From: an uncultured Clostridia bacterium
GTDB lineage: Bacteria > Bacillota > Clostridia > Christensenellales > CAG-314
Length of the DNA: 61,458 nt
Direction of reading: 5' to 3'
Assembly (NCBI GenBank): GCA_947625185.1
Contig: CANQNJ010000004.1
Coordinates: forward strand, 1 to 61,458
Shown here in pieces: positions 36,517-48,548 of this stretch (position 1 is the first letter of the stretch; the number at the start of each line of letters is the position of its first letter). The translations under genes and the position numbers were made by a program. Under the pieces are notes generated by a model that was given only the letters and a program-made list of their open reading frames with translations, searched no databases and had not been told where the DNA came from.

Positions 36517-38544
36517 ATGGCAATCGTCAAGATGAAAAGGCTTACCCTATTGGCGCTAAACGCCGACAGGGACAATATTTATGACGCGCTCGTTCGCTTG
36601 AATTGCGTACAACTCAAACGCAGCGCGGATATCGACAGTTTCGTCGATACGGATCAGTCGCAGGCACGGGAGAATGTGCTTGCGGACGTTTCGCGCGTCG
36701 AGGAAGCCATTGCATACGTCGGCGACGTCACAGACAAGTACAATTCCGCCCACAAGAAAGAAACCAAGGTCGTCATTGCCAAGAACAGCTTCGCCCGTCC
36801 CAGGACGGAAATAGATTTCGACTACTACCTCGGATTCGGCAAGCACGTCGAAGAGATAGAGCGGTCGCTTGCCGCCGTGGCAGGTAAGAGGGAGGATATT
36901 TCTCGGCTCAACTCGCTCAAAGCGCAGAAGTCGGCGGAGGCGGACAAGCTGCAAGCCTATCGCGCGCTTCCTCATCCGACGATATGGTATCATGATACCG
37001 ATACTTCCGTCGTGCAGTTGTCGCAGTTGCCCGATAGCGGTCTGAGCGAACTGCAAGCGCTTGCGGAGAGTTACGAGACTGTTACGACGGAGACGGTGGA
37101 CGTCTATGCGGGCGTTGCGTTGGTCGTCGTAGTCGCGCACAGGAGCGAAGCGTCATTCTTCGAGAAAGCCGCCGCCTTGGGTTTGACCAAATGCACTTTG
37201 AATACCGACGTGTTGCCTCGCGTAACGATAGAGGCGTTGGAAAGACAGATCAACGGTATCGACGCCGAGATAGAGCAATGTACGGAAGAGATAGTACGTT
37301 ACGCTCGGGATATTCCGCAATGGAAGATATACGTCGATTGGCTTTTGCTCTGCGAGAAGAAACTTGCCGCCGACGGAGACGTGCAGCAGACGGCTTCGAC
37401 GTTCGTTCTGGAAGGATACTACCCCGCAGAGAAAGAGCAGGAAGTGGACAACGCGTTGAGATCGGTAACGGACGGTATAGTGATCACCTATGACGACATA
37501 GCCGATGACGAATTTGCTCCCACTCTCGTACAGAACAACAAATTTACTCAACCGTTTGAGTTCGTAACCAATTCTTATTCCGTACCCGATTATCACGAAG
37601 TGGACCCCAATCCCGTGATGTCGATATTCTATTTTATCATTTTCGGACTTATGGTGGCGGATATAGGTTACGGTTTGCTGCTTGTTGCGTTCGGACTGTT
37701 TGCGACGTTTGTCATCAAGCAAAGGACGGGTATCAGGATAATGTTGCAGATGTTCGGCATATGCGGCATATCGGCGATAGCGGTGGGCGCGCTGTTCGGC
37801 AGCGTGTTCGGCTACACATTTTGGGATAAGATATTTACCGACCCCTCCCACCCATTGCACAACGGGATAATACCCAACCCCGCCGGTTATCCGATGGTAA
37901 TGATGATAATCAGTCTGTTGTTCGGCGTGGTGCATCTCGCCGCGGGCATCGGCTGCAAAATGGCGGTCAAGATCAAGCATAAGCAATATCTTTCCGCCTG
38001 GCTTGCCGATTTTCCTTGGATAATCGTATTTGCCGGTTTTGTCTTGGCTATATTCAATTCCGCATTGGATATGGCTGCGTATGAACCGTACAACGTGCTG
38101 CGGTTGCCGACGATAGTGTCGCGGATATCCCTTTATGTATGTCTTGCGGCGCTTGCGGTGGCGCTTGTATGCGCGGGTCTGGGCACCAAGGGTTTGTTGG
38201 GCAAGGTCATCAAGAGTTTCAGCAGCGCTTACGGGATAATCAACTATGTCAGCGATATTATGAGCTACATTCGCGTTTTCGGATTGATGCTCAGTTCCGC
38301 CATTATGGCGACGGTAGTCAATCAGCTTGCAGGGATGGTCTCGGGCAGCGGCGGCTTCGGATATGTGTTGGCGGCGTTGGTATTGGTATTTGCGCATATG
38401 TTCAACCTTGTTATGGGCTTGCTGTCGGTATACATTCACAACGGCAGATTGCAGTATGTCGAGTTCTTCGGCAAGTTCTATACGGGCGAGGGACAGTTGT
38501 TCGTGCCCTTCGGCAGCGATACCAAGTATACATTGGTCAAGTAA
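36517..38544 (+). CDS. ntpI: V-type ATPase subunit I
   Basis: DPNP..FGLMVADIGYG, SDIMSYIR, RLQYVEFFGKFY. Confidence 0.93.
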   Translation: MAIVKMKRLTLLALNADRDNIYDALVRLNCVQLKRSADIDSFVDTDQSQARENVLADVSRVEEAIAYVGDVTDKYNSAHKKETKVVIAKNSFARPRTEIDFDYYLGFGKHVEEIERSLAAVAGKREDISRLNSLKAQKSAEADKLQAYRALPHPTIWYHDTDTSVVQLSQLPDSGLSELQALAESYETVTTETVDVYAGVALVVVVAHRSEASFFEKAAALGLTKCTLNTDVLPRVTIEALERQINGIDAEIEQCTEEIVRYARDIPQWKIYVDWLLLCEKKLAADGDVQQTASTFVLEGYYPAEKEQEVDNALRSVTDGIVITYDDIADDEFAPTLVQNNKFTQPFEFVTNSYSVPDYHEVDPNPVMSIFYFIIFGLMVADIGYGLLLVAFGLFATFVIKQRTGIRIMLQMFGICGISAIAVGALFGSVFGYTFWDKIFTDPSHPLHNGIIPNPAGYPMVMMIISLLFGVVHLAAGIGCKMAVKIKHKQYLSAWLADFPWIIVFAGFVLAIFNSALDMAAYEPYNVLRLPTIVSRISLYVCLAALAVALVCAGLGTKGLLGKVIKSFSSAYGIINYVSDIMSYIRVFGLMLSSAIMATVVNQLAGMVSGSGGFGYVLAALVLVFAHMFNLVMGLLSVYIHNGRLQYVEFFGKFYTGEGQLFVPFGSDTKYTLVK

Positions 38545-38617
38545 CGGAGACAGTTTTGCGGGCATTGCGCCCGACTGTATATATCAAAAAAAAATTCCCA
38601 ACGGAGGAAAACAAAAA

Positions 38618-39199
38618 ATGACAGGTTTAACAATAGGCATCATCGGTCTTGCGCTTACCGTACTGCTTTGCGGCGTCGGTTCGGGCTTGGGACTCAGATT
38701 TACCGGCAAAGCCGCTGCCGGCGTGCTTGCGGAAGATTCGAGCAAATTCAGCAAGGTTATCATTCTTTCGCTGCTTCCCGCGACGCAGGGCATTTACGGC
38801 TTTCTGATCGCCATTCTCGGCGCAAACGCGCTTCCTACGACCGCCAATCTCGGAGATCAGACGGTTACTTGGGCGCAAGTAAACGCGCAGGGTTGGTACG
38901 TATTCTTTGCGTGCATTCCCATGATGTTGGGCGGCACGGTATCCGCTATTTTGCAGGGTCGCAGCGCCGCAACGACAATCATCGCGGTCGGCAAGCGCAG
39001 CGAGATAGCCTCCAAGTCCATCATCTTCCCCGCAATGATAGAGTTCTATGCGTTGCTGGGCATGGTGGTGTCCATTATGATGTTCAACTACTTCCCCGTA
39101 GCCAACGTCAGCCAGATCGTCACCCGTCCGGAAGTTCAACAGACGGTAGAGGAAGCAGGCAAGGCGGTTGCGGCGCTTGCGGGCGCATTCGCCGCATAA
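38618..39199 (+). CDS. ntpK: V-type ATPase subunit K (c), Na+-type motif
   Basis: Four TM helices, LLPATQGIYG, SAILQG, MIEFYA. Confidence 0.9.
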   Translation: MTGLTIGIIGLALTVLLCGVGSGLGLRFTGKAAAGVLAEDSSKFSKVIILSLLPATQGIYGFLIAILGANALPTTANLGDQTVTWAQVNAQGWYVFFACIPMMLGGTVSAILQGRSAATTIIAVGKRSEIASKSIIFPAMIEFYALLGMVVSIMMFNYFPVANVSQIVTRPEVQQTVEEAGKAVAALAGAFAA

Positions 39200-39217
39200 G
39201 TCCATTCCGAGGAAGAG

Positions 39218-39796
39218 ATGAACGGTAAGGAAAATATTATCAACAAGATACTCTCCGACGCAGACGAACGGTGCGCGGAGATCGTTGCCGATGCGGAACG
39301 TCGGGCGGCACAGACTGTCGGCGCGGCGGAAGAGGCTGTCAAGCGCGACAGAGAAGCGTTGGACAGACGTTTGCAAGCCGTTTTGCAGGAAAAACTGCGC
39401 AATGCCCGCGCCAACGCCCAACTCGACGGCAGGAAATACCGTTTGGAGGTACGTCAACGGCTTGTGACGGAGTGCTATGACGAGGTACACAGGCGTCTTG
39501 CGGCAATGAACGAAGAGGACAGATTGGATCTTATAGGCGAATTGCTGTCCAAATTTGCCGAGGACGGCGAGATCGTATACGTCACCAAGGCAGACTCCAA
39601 GGGCGTAACTCCCGCGTGGTTGAAGGGATTTGATAAGAATCTTACCCTCGGCAGCAGATACATACGCGCAGAGGGCGGAGTCGTACTCGAAGGCGACGGC
39701 TACGAGAAGGATCTCACCGTCGCAAGCGTGGTGCGTTATCTGAGAGAAAAGACCGAGGGCGCAGTGGCTGACGCTTTGGGAGTACGAGATGAGTAA
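39218..39796 (+). CDS. ntpE: V-type ATPase subunit E
   Basis: IINKILSDA coiled coil, GGVVL; operon position. Confidence 0.85.
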   Translation: MNGKENIINKILSDADERCAEIVADAERRAAQTVGAAEEAVKRDREALDRRLQAVLQEKLRNARANAQLDGRKYRLEVRQRLVTECYDEVHRRLAAMNEEDRLDLIGELLSKFAEDGEIVYVTKADSKGVTPAWLKGFDKNLTLGSRYIRAEGGVVLEGDGYEKDLTVASVVRYLREKTEGAVADALGVRDE

Positions 39797-40727
39797 CGAA
39801 CAGCTTTTTGCCAACGGCCGCATTGCGGTGCTTTCCAATAAGCTGCTCACCGCCGACAAATATATCCGTTTGACGGAATGCGGCAATCTTGCCGAGGCAT
39901 TGAGAACGCTCGGAGAATGCGGATATTCCGCGGCGGCTGCCGAGTCCGATTACGAACAGGCGCTGCGCGCCGAGCTGGACGAGTTGCTTGCCGAGATCAA
40001 GGAATTGTGCGCCAATGTCAACGCGTTGAAATATTTGCTGTGCAAATACGATTATCACAATGCCAAGGTTTTGGTCAAGGGCAAGTATATGCGACGGGAC
40101 TTCACGGCGTACTGTTTCGAGAACGCCTCTTATCAGCCTGCCGCGATGCGCGATCTCATCAACAATGACGATTACGGTAAATTCTCCCGCAATATGGCGG
40201 AAGCCTGCGATTCGATAGACGCTCGGTTCGCCGACGGCGACAGAAGTCCGCAGACGGTGGACAGATTGTTGGACAAGGCTTATTTCGCGGATCTTGCGCG
40301 TTACGCCAAGGCTTCGCTGTCGCGCCTGATGAGCAAGCTGTCGGAGCAGTACGTCGATTATACGGATCTTACGCTCGTTATGCGTATGCATAAGTTGGGT
40401 ATAGACGCGGCAGAAGCGGACAAGTGGCTTATCGACGGCGGTTCTATCGGGCGCAAAACTTTGCTCGGACTGTGGTCGGGAGAGCTTTCCGTAAGCGATC
40501 TGCCGGAGGAGTGGCGCGGAATTTGCAGCGGAGTCGACTCCGAACGCCGTTATGCGTCTATGCGCAACAGACTTATCGAAGAATACGCAGATCCGCTTAC
40601 TTTGCAGCCTGCGCTTAAATATTTTTATGCCAAGACGGACGAGACGGAGCTTGTGAGGCGTATTCTTGCCGATATCAAGAACGGCACGGACAAGGAAAAG
40701 ATAAAGGAAAGACTAAATGCCAAATAA
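39789..40727 (+). CDS. ntpC: V-type ATPase subunit C
   Basis: NGRIAVL, YDYHNAKVLVK, LDKAYF, IKERL. Confidence 0.85.
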   Translation: MSNEQLFANGRIAVLSNKLLTADKYIRLTECGNLAEALRTLGECGYSAAAAESDYEQALRAELDELLAEIKELCANVNALKYLLCKYDYHNAKVLVKGKYMRRDFTAYCFENASYQPAAMRDLINNDDYGKFSRNMAEACDSIDARFADGDRSPQTVDRLLDKAYFADLARYAKASLSRLMSKLSEQYVDYTDLTLVMRMHKLGIDAAEADKWLIDGGSIGRKTLLGLWSGELSVSDLPEEWRGICSGVDSERRYASMRNRLIEEYADPLTLQPALKYFYAKTDETELVRRILADIKNGTDKEKIKERLNAK

Positions 40728-41049
40728 GATAGCAGTTATCGGAGACAAGGACAGCGTGCTTGCGTTCAAGGCGGTGGGCGTGGAAGTATTCGACGCCGCC
40801 ACGGCGGAGCAGGCGCAACATCTCGTAAAAAAACTTTCGCAGGAGCGCTACGCGGTAGTGTTCATCGCGGAAGATCTTGCCGAGCTTATTCCCGAGACGC
40901 TTAGCAAAGCCAAATTGCAGACATATCCCGCCGTCGTGCCCATTCCTACGGGCAGGACGCCGAGCGGATTCGGTATGCAGGGTATCAAGAGCGATGTGGA
41001 GAAGGCTATCGGCGTGGACGTAATATTCAACAAAGAGGACAAACAATGA
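40717..41049 (+). CDS. ntpG: V-type ATPase subunit F
   Basis: [26 protein letters not shown]. Confidence 0.9.
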   Translation: MPNKIAVIGDKDSVLAFKAVGVEVFDAATAEQAQHLVKKLSQERYAVVFIAEDLAELIPETLSKAKLQTYPAVVPIPTGRTPSGFGMQGIKSDVEKAIGVDVIFNKEDKQ

Positions 41050-42803
41050 TTGGAAAGATAGTAAAGGTAAGCGGACCGCTCATCGTTGCCGAAGGACTTG
41101 CCGACGTAGAGATGTACGACGTAGTCAAGGTTTCGGATAAGAAACTTGTCGGCGAAGTCATCGAACTCAGAGGCGACAAGGCAAGCATACAGGTCTATGA
41201 GGAGACAAGCGGACTCAAAGTGGGCGACGAAGTCGTCTCCACGGGTGCGCCGCTGTCGGTGGAATTGGGACCGGGGCTTATCGAGAGCATTTTCGACGGA
41301 ATTCAGCGTCCGCTGAACGTATTGATGCAAGTATCCGGCGACCGCATAGCGCGCGGTATCGAGGTCAATTCGTTGGATCGCAACCGCAAGTGGCACTTTG
41401 TACCCAACGTCAAGGCGGGGGACAGAGTGATTGCGGGGGATATTCTCGGCACCGTGCAGGAAACAAAGGTGGTATTGCACAAGATACTCGTCCCCGTCGG
41501 GACGGAGGGCGAAGTGGACTTCATCGCAAGCGAGGGAGACTATACCGTTGCGGAACTCATCGCCATAGTGGACGGCAAGGACCTCACGATGATACAGCGT
41601 TGGCCCGTTCGCAAGGGACGTCCTTATAAATCCAAGATGGCGCCCGATCTGCCTATGGTGACGGGTCAGCGCGTGATAGATACGTTGTTTCCCATTGCCA
41701 AGGGCGGCGTGGCTGCCGTCCCGGGACCTTTCGGAAGCGGCAAAACGGTAGTTCAGCACCAATTGGCTAAGTGGGCGGACGCGGATATCATCGTATATGT
41801 CGGTTGCGGCGAGCGCGGTAACGAGATGACGGACGTTCTCAGAGAATTTCCCGAGTTGAAGGACCCTCGCACGGGCGAACCGCTTATGAAGCGGACGGTA
41901 CTCATCGCCAATACGAGCGATATGCCCGTCGCCGCGCGAGAAGCGAGCATTTATACGGGTATAACGATAGCGGAGTATTTCCGCGATATGGGTTATACGG
42001 TGGCTATAATGGCGGACAGCACTTCGCGTTGGGCGGAGGCGCTCAGAGAGATGAGCGGACGTCTGGAAGAAATGCCGGGCGAAGAGGGCTATCCCGCCTA
42101 TCTTGCAAGCCGTATCGCCGAGTTCTATGAACGCGCCGGCATAGTACGCGTTCTCGGAAGCGGCGACGTGGTGGGAGCCATTTCGGCGATAGGCGCAGTG
42201 TCTCCGCCGGGAGGCGACTTGTCCGAACCCGTCAGTCAGGGGACTTTGCGCATAGTCAAGGTGTTCTGGGGACTGAGCGCGCAGCTTGCATATCGCAGAC
42301 ACTTTCCCGCGATAGATTGGCTTACGAGCTATTCTCTGTACGACGACAAGTTGGCGGATTGGTATGCCGAACACGTTGCGGAGGACTTCAACGAACTCAA
42401 AACGGAACTCAGCTTCATATTGCAGGAAGAGAATCAACTCAACGAGATAGTTCGCCTTGTGGGTATGGACGCCCTCGGCGCGCGGGACAGACTGACTATG
42501 GAGACCGCCAAGTCGATAAGAGAAGACTATCTTCACCAGAACGCTTTTCACGAGGTGGATACATACACTTCTCTTGACAAACAGTACAAGATGATGAAGT
42601 TGATACTCGGATTCTATCACGAGTCGTTGGACGCTCTCGACAAGGGCGTAGAGCTCGACGATTTGCTCCGATTGCCCGTAAGAGAACAGATCGGACGCAG
42701 CAAATATATAGAGGAAGCCAACCTGTATCGTTTTGACGAAATACAGCGCAATATCAAGAAAGAAATAAATGCTCTTGTAAGCAAAGGAGAAGCCAATGCT
42801 TAA
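41046..42803 (+). CDS. ntpA: V-type ATPase subunit A
   Basis: [26 protein letters not shown]. Confidence 0.97.
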   Translation: MIGKIVKVSGPLIVAEGLADVEMYDVVKVSDKKLVGEVIELRGDKASIQVYEETSGLKVGDEVVSTGAPLSVELGPGLIESIFDGIQRPLNVLMQVSGDRIARGIEVNSLDRNRKWHFVPNVKAGDRVIAGDILGTVQETKVVLHKILVPVGTEGEVDFIASEGDYTVAELIAIVDGKDLTMIQRWPVRKGRPYKSKMAPDLPMVTGQRVIDTLFPIAKGGVAAVPGPFGSGKTVVQHQLAKWADADIIVYVGCGERGNEMTDVLREFPELKDPRTGEPLMKRTVLIANTSDMPVAAREASIYTGITIAEYFRDMGYTVAIMADSTSRWAEALREMSGRLEEMPGEEGYPAYLASRIAEFYERAGIVRVLGSGDVVGAISAIGAVSPPGGDLSEPVSQGTLRIVKVFWGLSAQLAYRRHFPAIDWLTSYSLYDDKLADWYAEHVAEDFNELKTELSFILQEENQLNEIVRLVGMDALGARDRLTMETAKSIREDYLHQNAFHEVDTYTSLDKQYKMMKLILGFYHESLDALDKGVELDDLLRLPVREQIGRSKYIEEANLYRFDEIQRNIKKEINALVSKGEANA

Positions 42804-44178
42804 AGAATACAAAACTATCCGCGAAGTGGTCGGTCCGCTTATGTTGGTGGACCATGTTTCAGGGGTCAGCTACAACGAGTTGGTAGAGATCAAACAGGAA
42901 AACGGCGAGGTCCGCAAGGGCAAGGTACTCGAAGTCAACGGCGATCGCGCTCTCGTGCAGCTGTTCGAAGGCACGCAGGGACTGAAAATATCCACTGCCA
43001 AGGCTCGTTTCCTCGGCAGAAGCCTCGAACTTGCCGTCAGCGAGGATATGCTGGGGCGCGTATTCAACGGAATGGGCGAACCGATAGACGGCGGCGCCCC
43101 CGTCATCGCCGACGAACGGTTGGATATCAACGGACAGCCCATCAATCCCTATGCGAGAGATTACCCCAACGAATTTATTCAGACGGGCATATCGGCAATA
43201 GACGGCTTAAATACGCTTGTTCGCGGACAGAAACTGCCCGTATTCTCCGCAAGCGGTCTGCCGCACGCACAGCTTGCCGCACAGATCGCGCGTCAGGCGC
43301 GAGTGTTGGGCAACGACGAGAAATTCGCCGTCGTTTTCGGCGCGATAGGCATCACTTACGAGGAAGCGGACTTCTTCATCAAGGACTTCAACAAGACGGG
43401 CGCCATCGAACGCACCGTAATGTTCATCAATCTTGCCAACGACCCCGCCATCGAGCGTATAAGCACGCCGCGTATGGCGCTCACGGCAGCGGAGTATCTC
43501 GCTTTCGAGAAGGGTATGCAGGTGCTTGTCATTCTGACGGATATCACCAACTATGCGGAAGCTCTCCGCGAGACATCGGCTGCGCGTAAGGAAGTCCCGG
43601 GGCGCCGCGGTTATCCGGGATATATGTATACCGACCTCGCGCAGATATACGAGCGCGCAGGACGTATACACGGTTGCAAGGGCAGCATAACTCAGATACC
43701 CATTCTGTCGATGCCCGAGGACGACAAGACCCATCCGATCCCCGACCTTACGGGATATATCACCGAAGGACAGATAATCCTCTCGCGCGAGCTTTACAAG
43801 CGCGGATACAATCCGCCCATAGACGTGTTGCCGAGCCTCTCCCGTCTGAAAGACAAGGGCATAGGCGCGGGCAAGACCCGCGAGGATCACGCAAGCACGA
43901 TGAATCAGCTGTTCTCGGCATACGCTCAGGGCAAGGAAGCCAAGGAACTTTCGGCGATATTGGGCGAAGCGGCGCTTTCCGACGTGGACAAATTGTACGC
44001 CAAGTTCGCCGCGGAATTCGAGAAGCGTTATATCGCGCAGGGATTTACCACCAACCGTACGATAGAGGAGACTTTGGACCTCGGTTGGGAATTGCTCGGT
44101 ATCCTGCCGCGCAGCGAACTCAAACGCATTTCCGAAGAAATGCTGGATAAGCATTACAAGCCCGCACAAGTGGAGTAG
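42796..44178 (+). CDS. ntpB: V-type ATPase subunit B
   Basis: [35 protein letters not shown]. Confidence 0.97.
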   Translation: MLKEYKTIREVVGPLMLVDHVSGVSYNELVEIKQENGEVRKGKVLEVNGDRALVQLFEGTQGLKISTAKARFLGRSLELAVSEDMLGRVFNGMGEPIDGGAPVIADERLDINGQPINPYARDYPNEFIQTGISAIDGLNTLVRGQKLPVFSASGLPHAQLAAQIARQARVLGNDEKFAVVFGAIGITYEEADFFIKDFNKTGAIERTVMFINLANDPAIERISTPRMALTAAEYLAFEKGMQVLVILTDITNYAEALRETSAARKEVPGRRGYPGYMYTDLAQIYERAGRIHGCKGSITQIPILSMPEDDKTHPIPDLTGYITEGQIILSRELYKRGYNPPIDVLPSLSRLKDKGIGAGKTREDHASTMNQLFSAYAQGKEAKELSAILGEAALSDVDKLYAKFAAEFEKRYIAQGFTTNRTIEETLDLGWELLGILPRSELKRISEEMLDKHYKPAQVE

Positions 44179-44184
44179 TAATAT

Positions 44185-44808
44185 ATGGCGGTTATGAATG
44201 TCAATCCCACCCGTATGGAGATGAAGAGGCTGCAAGCCCGACTTCGTACGGCGACGCGGGGTCACAAATTACTCAAAGACAAGACGGACGAGATGATACG
44301 TCGTTTCATCACTCTCGCCGAAGAAAACAAGCGCCTGCGCGAACAAACCGAGCAGGAGCTGTGTTCGGCATTGTCCGCTTTTGCCGAGGCGCGCGCAACC
44401 ACCGACGCCCGCGTAACGGAAGAAGCCATACTTATGCCCGCGCGTACCGTCAGTCTCGCCTGTTCCAGGAAGAAGGTAATGGGCGTCGACGTACCCGCTA
44501 TGGAAGTAAGCGACAGCGGCGGAGAACTGTATCCTTACAGTTTTCTTACCGTCACGGCGAAGTTGGACGACAGCCTGCGCGGATTGAACGCCGTATTGCT
44601 CAAATTGGTGGAGCTTGCCGAGACGGAAAAGACCTGCAATATGCTCGCCGAGGAAATAGAGAAGAACAAACGACGCGTCAACGCGTTGGAGAATATTATG
44701 ATCCCGCAACTTACCGAGACTATCCGGTACATCAAGATGAAGTTGGACGAGAGCGAACGCGCCGCCACTGTACGTCTTATGAAGGTGAAGGATATCATCA
44801 ACAAATAG
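44185..44808 (+). CDS. ntpD: V-type ATPase subunit D
   Basis: NPTRME, GHKLLKDK, RRVNALE. Confidence 0.95.
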   Translation: MAVMNVNPTRMEMKRLQARLRTATRGHKLLKDKTDEMIRRFITLAEENKRLREQTEQELCSALSAFAEARATTDARVTEEAILMPARTVSLACSRKKVMGVDVPAMEVSDSGGELYPYSFLTVTAKLDDSLRGLNAVLLKLVELAETEKTCNMLAEEIEKNKRRVNALENIMIPQLTETIRYIKMKLDESERAATVRLMKVKDIINK

Positions 44809-45080
44809 CTGTCATTGCCGAAAGTGATCATATGCGCACACCGAACAAACTTGCCTATAAAGCAAGTTTTTTCTTATATTATTCCTTTTGTTTGTTACGT
44901 AATTTAATGCCGACATTTTGACAAAAATTTTTGCAATATTAGTGGATTTTTGAAAATTCGGCTGTATTTATAAATAGGAAAGTGTGTGACTTTGCAAAAT
45001 TGCAATAAATTTGTTCGATTTACTTAATAAATCGAACGATTGAGCGGTATTATTCATATAACGGTTGAGGCTCTTGGGTA

Positions 45081-46838
45081 ATGGCAGATTGGTCGGACTT
45101 CATTCAACAGATCAAGCGACAGAACGACATAGTGGACGTAATAGGAAGCTATCTCGAACTGCGGCGCAGCGGCGCCAATTTTATGGCACGCTGTCCTTTT
45201 CACGGAGAAAAAACGCCCAGCTTCAACGTCAATCGCAATTTGCAGATATACAAATGTTTCGGATGCGGCGAGAGCGGCGACGTGATCAAGTTTGTGGAGA
45301 AGTACGAGTCGTGCAGTTTTGCCGAAGCGTGCGAGATCCTCGCCAAGCGCGCGGGCATTCCAATGCCGGAGAGTTCCTCTTCCGGAGAGGACAGGGAGTT
45401 TCGCGAGCGCAAGAAGAAGCGCGACGTCTATCTTAATATATGCCGAGATACGGCAAGATTTTACTATCGCGCCTATTACGGCGAGGTTGGTAAGGTCGCG
45501 CGGGATTATATGACCAAGCGCGGCTTCGACGAAGCCACAGTCAAGAAGTTCGGCATAGGCTATTCTCCCGACGGCTATTCGTTGGTGGATCACCTTCGGT
45601 CCAAGGGCTACTCTACGGACGATTGTATCAAATGCGGAGTATTGCAGCAAACGCAGCGCGGCGTAACGGACGCGTTGAGCGGCAGACTTATCGTGCCCAT
45701 ATTCAATATGCAGGGGCAGGTGATAGCTTTCGGCGGAAGAGGACTTGACGATTACACTATATCGCGCGGCAAGTACAAGAATACGTCCGATACGCCGTTA
45801 TTTACCAAGAAGGACAATCTGTTTGCCATCAATATCGCCAAGGAGCAGAAACAGCATTCCGCTCTGCCCAATCTCGTCGTGGTCGAGGGATATATGGATG
45901 TGATCGCGATGTATCAGGGCGGTTTCAAGGGCGCCGTTGCAAGTATGGGGACTTCTCTTACCGAGCAGCAAGCCAAGTGGCTGTCGCGGCTGTCCGATAC
46001 GGTATACATATGTTATGACGGAGACTCCGCCGGACAGAAAGCAACGGTGCGCGGTCTGGATATATTGGATAGAGCTGGGCTTGAAGTACGCGTTATGTCC
46101 GTACCGGAGAAATTGGACCCCGACGAATACATCAAGAAATACGGCTCGGAAGCATTTGACAAACTTATCGACGAAGCGATGCCTTTGCCGGATTACAAGT
46201 TGAAATTGTTGGCGGACGCCTTCCCCATCGACAGTGCGGACAGCGCTCGACGCAACAATGCCCTGCCCAAATACGTCAAGGGCGCGTTGACGATGCTTCG
46301 GGCGTTGGACGACGTGCGGCAGGCGCGTTATATCACGGCGGTATCCGTCAAGACGGGCTATTCGGAAGATTACTTCCGCCGCAAATTGTCGCAGAACGAT
46401 GCGGACGTAAGCGAGACGGAAGAATACGGCGTTTCGCCCGAGGACAAAGCAAAGTATTTTATTGCGGCGTGCATATTGCGCGGCGAGAGCTATGCGTCGA
46501 TAGAGGACAAACCGCTGTGCAATTCTAAGTTTTTGTCCGATCTGTACGATTATCTGTTCGATTGCAAGGCGCAGGGCGTCAAGCCGAGCATGGATATGCT
46601 GTATACGGTATGTCCCGACGCCGCCCCCGAGCAGTATGCGGAGATAATCGACATCGGTTTCGACAAGGACAAGGAAATCAACGAGCGGTATTTCCGCGAG
46701 TGCAGACGGCTTGTTACCGTCGAGAAACTCAAACGCAAACGAGACGAACTTATGAAACAAATCAAAGACAACCCCGAGGACGGTTCGCTGTTGGAACGGC
46801 TGTCGGAACTCAGCAAGAAAATAGCGGACGTTAGATAG
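45081..46838 (+). CDS. dnaG: DNA primase
   Basis: CPFH..CFGC zinc finger, FGGR, KYKNT, EGYMD, YDGDSAG. Confidence 0.96.
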   Translation: MADWSDFIQQIKRQNDIVDVIGSYLELRRSGANFMARCPFHGEKTPSFNVNRNLQIYKCFGCGESGDVIKFVEKYESCSFAEACEILAKRAGIPMPESSSSGEDREFRERKKKRDVYLNICRDTARFYYRAYYGEVGKVARDYMTKRGFDEATVKKFGIGYSPDGYSLVDHLRSKGYSTDDCIKCGVLQQTQRGVTDALSGRLIVPIFNMQGQVIAFGGRGLDDYTISRGKYKNTSDTPLFTKKDNLFAINIAKEQKQHSALPNLVVVEGYMDVIAMYQGGFKGAVASMGTSLTEQQAKWLSRLSDTVYICYDGDSAGQKATVRGLDILDRAGLEVRVMSVPEKLDPDEYIKKYGSEAFDKLIDEAMPLPDYKLKLLADAFPIDSADSARRNNALPKYVKGALTMLRALDDVRQARYITAVSVKTGYSEDYFRRKLSQNDADVSETEEYGVSPEDKAKYFIAACILRGESYASIEDKPLCNSKFLSDLYDYLFDCKAQGVKPSMDMLYTVCPDAAPEQYAEIIDIGFDKDKEINERYFRECRRLVTVEKLKRKRDELMKQIKDNPEDGSLLERLSELSKKIADVR

Positions 46839-46851
46839 ATTAGGAGGAAAT

Positions 46852-47901
46852 ATGGAAATCACGCAAAAATATCTTCAAGATTTGCTCGACGACGTAAAGA
46901 GCGGCGGTGTCACCAAGATCTCGTACGAAGATCTCGAATCCCGTTTGGAAAAGACGGATCTGACCCCCGAGCAAAACGCCGAGATCTACCGTTATCTAGA
47001 ACAGAACGGCGTCAAGATCGTGGACACGTTCGATAAAGACAATTCCGCTCTGTATCGCAATATCGGCGACGTGGCGGTGGACGACCCCGTCAAGATGTAT
47101 CTCAAAGATATAGGAAAGGTCCCTCTGTTGTCCAGCGAAGAGGAGGCGGAGCTTGCGCGCCGCATGCTCGAAGGCGATGAGGAAGCTAAGCAAAAGCTGT
47201 CCGAAGCAAACCTTCGGTTGGTCGTATCCATAGCCAAGCGCTATGTCGGCAGAGGTATGCTTTTTCTCGATCTGATACAGGAAGGCAACCTCGGACTTAT
47301 GAAAGCGGTTGAGAAGTTCGATTATACCAAGGGATTCAAGTTCAGTACATATGCCACCTGGTGGATACGCCAGGCAATTACCCGCGCCATAGCGGATCAG
47401 GCGCGGACGATACGCATTCCCGTGCATATGGTGGAGACTATCAATCGTCAGGTACGCGCACAGCGCACTTTGTTGCAGGATCTGGGACGCGAACCCACTC
47501 CGCAAGAAATAGCTGACTATATGGGCATATCCGTAGACAAGGTTGTCGAGATACAGAAGATCGCGCAAGACCCCGTCAGTCTCGAAACGCCCATCGGCGA
47601 AGAAGAGGACAGTCACCTCGTGGACTTCATCGAGGACACCAAGGCGGCTCCTCCCAGCGACGTTGCGGCGCAGACGATGCTTCGCGAACAGCTCATACAG
47701 GCGCTGCACAAGCTCACCCCGCGCGAAGAGAAGGTCATTCGTCTCAGATACGGTCTGGACGACGGCAAACAGCGCACCCTCGAAGAGGTGGGCAGAGAGT
47801 TCAACGTCACACGTGAACGTATCCGTCAGATAGAAGCCAAGGCGCTCAGGAAGCTGCGCAACCCCACTAAGTCCAAGAAGCTTCGCGATTATCTCGATTG
47901 A
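46852..47901 (+). CDS. sigA: Primary sigma factor
   Basis: [42 protein letters not shown]. Confidence 0.97.
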   Translation: MEITQKYLQDLLDDVKSGGVTKISYEDLESRLEKTDLTPEQNAEIYRYLEQNGVKIVDTFDKDNSALYRNIGDVAVDDPVKMYLKDIGKVPLLSSEEEAELARRMLEGDEEAKQKLSEANLRLVVSIAKRYVGRGMLFLDLIQEGNLGLMKAVEKFDYTKGFKFSTYATWWIRQAITRAIADQARTIRIPVHMVETINRQVRAQRTLLQDLGREPTPQEIADYMGISVDKVVEIQKIAQDPVSLETPIGEEEDSHLVDFIEDTKAAPPSDVAAQTMLREQLIQALHKLTPREEKVIRLRYGLDDGKQRTLEEVGREFNVTRERIRQIEAKALRKLRNPTKSKKLRDYLD

Positions 47902-47903
47902 TT

Positions 47904-48548
47904 ATGAGCAAACGTTTGGACAAGCTTGTGGAACTTATTCCGGAATGCAATTCTCTCGCCGACGTCGGGTGCGATCACGGCTATGTCGGCATAGAGATAT
48001 TGCGGCAGAATAAAGCCGACGACGTTACCTTTATAGATGTGTCGCAACTCAGCCTGGACAAAGCGCGGCGCAATTGCCCCGAGGAATTGACGGACAAGGT
48101 CGGCTTCGTATGTCAGGACGGTCTGGGCAATATCAATGTGGACTGCGCCGTGATAGCGGGTATGGGCGGATTGGAAATCATAGACATACTCGACAGAGCG
48201 GTTTTTCCACCCCATATGCTCGTTTTGCAGCCCAACCGCAATGCCGTCGACGTGCGCAGGCGTCTGGCGCGGGATTACAGGATACAATACGACCGTATGA
48301 TATGCGACGGCGGCAAATTTTACAATATGATAGTGGCGGAGCTATGCAACGAGCCTATGCAGCTGACGGAGCTTCAAGAAGAGTTCGGCATTACCAATCT
48401 TCTTGCTCCCACAGAGGACTTTCGTCTGTATCTCCGTACCGAGCAGACAAAACTTACGCAAATACTCAAAGGGTGCAACGACCCCAAGGTCTCGGGGCGT
48501 CTGAGCCTTGTTGAACAGGCGATTGCAATTACAGGAGGACTACAATGA
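47904..48548 (+). CDS. trmK: tRNA (adenine-22-N1)-methyltransferase
   Basis: ADVGCDHGY, IAGMGG, LQPN; follows sigA. Confidence 0.88.
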   Translation: MSKRLDKLVELIPECNSLADVGCDHGYVGIEILRQNKADDVTFIDVSQLSLDKARRNCPEELTDKVGFVCQDGLGNINVDCAVIAGMGGLEIIDILDRAVFPPHMLVLQPNRNAVDVRRRLARDYRIQYDRMICDGGKFYNMIVAELCNEPMQLTELQEEFGITNLLAPTEDFRLYLRTEQTKLTQILKGCNDPKVSGRLSLVEQAIAITGGLQ

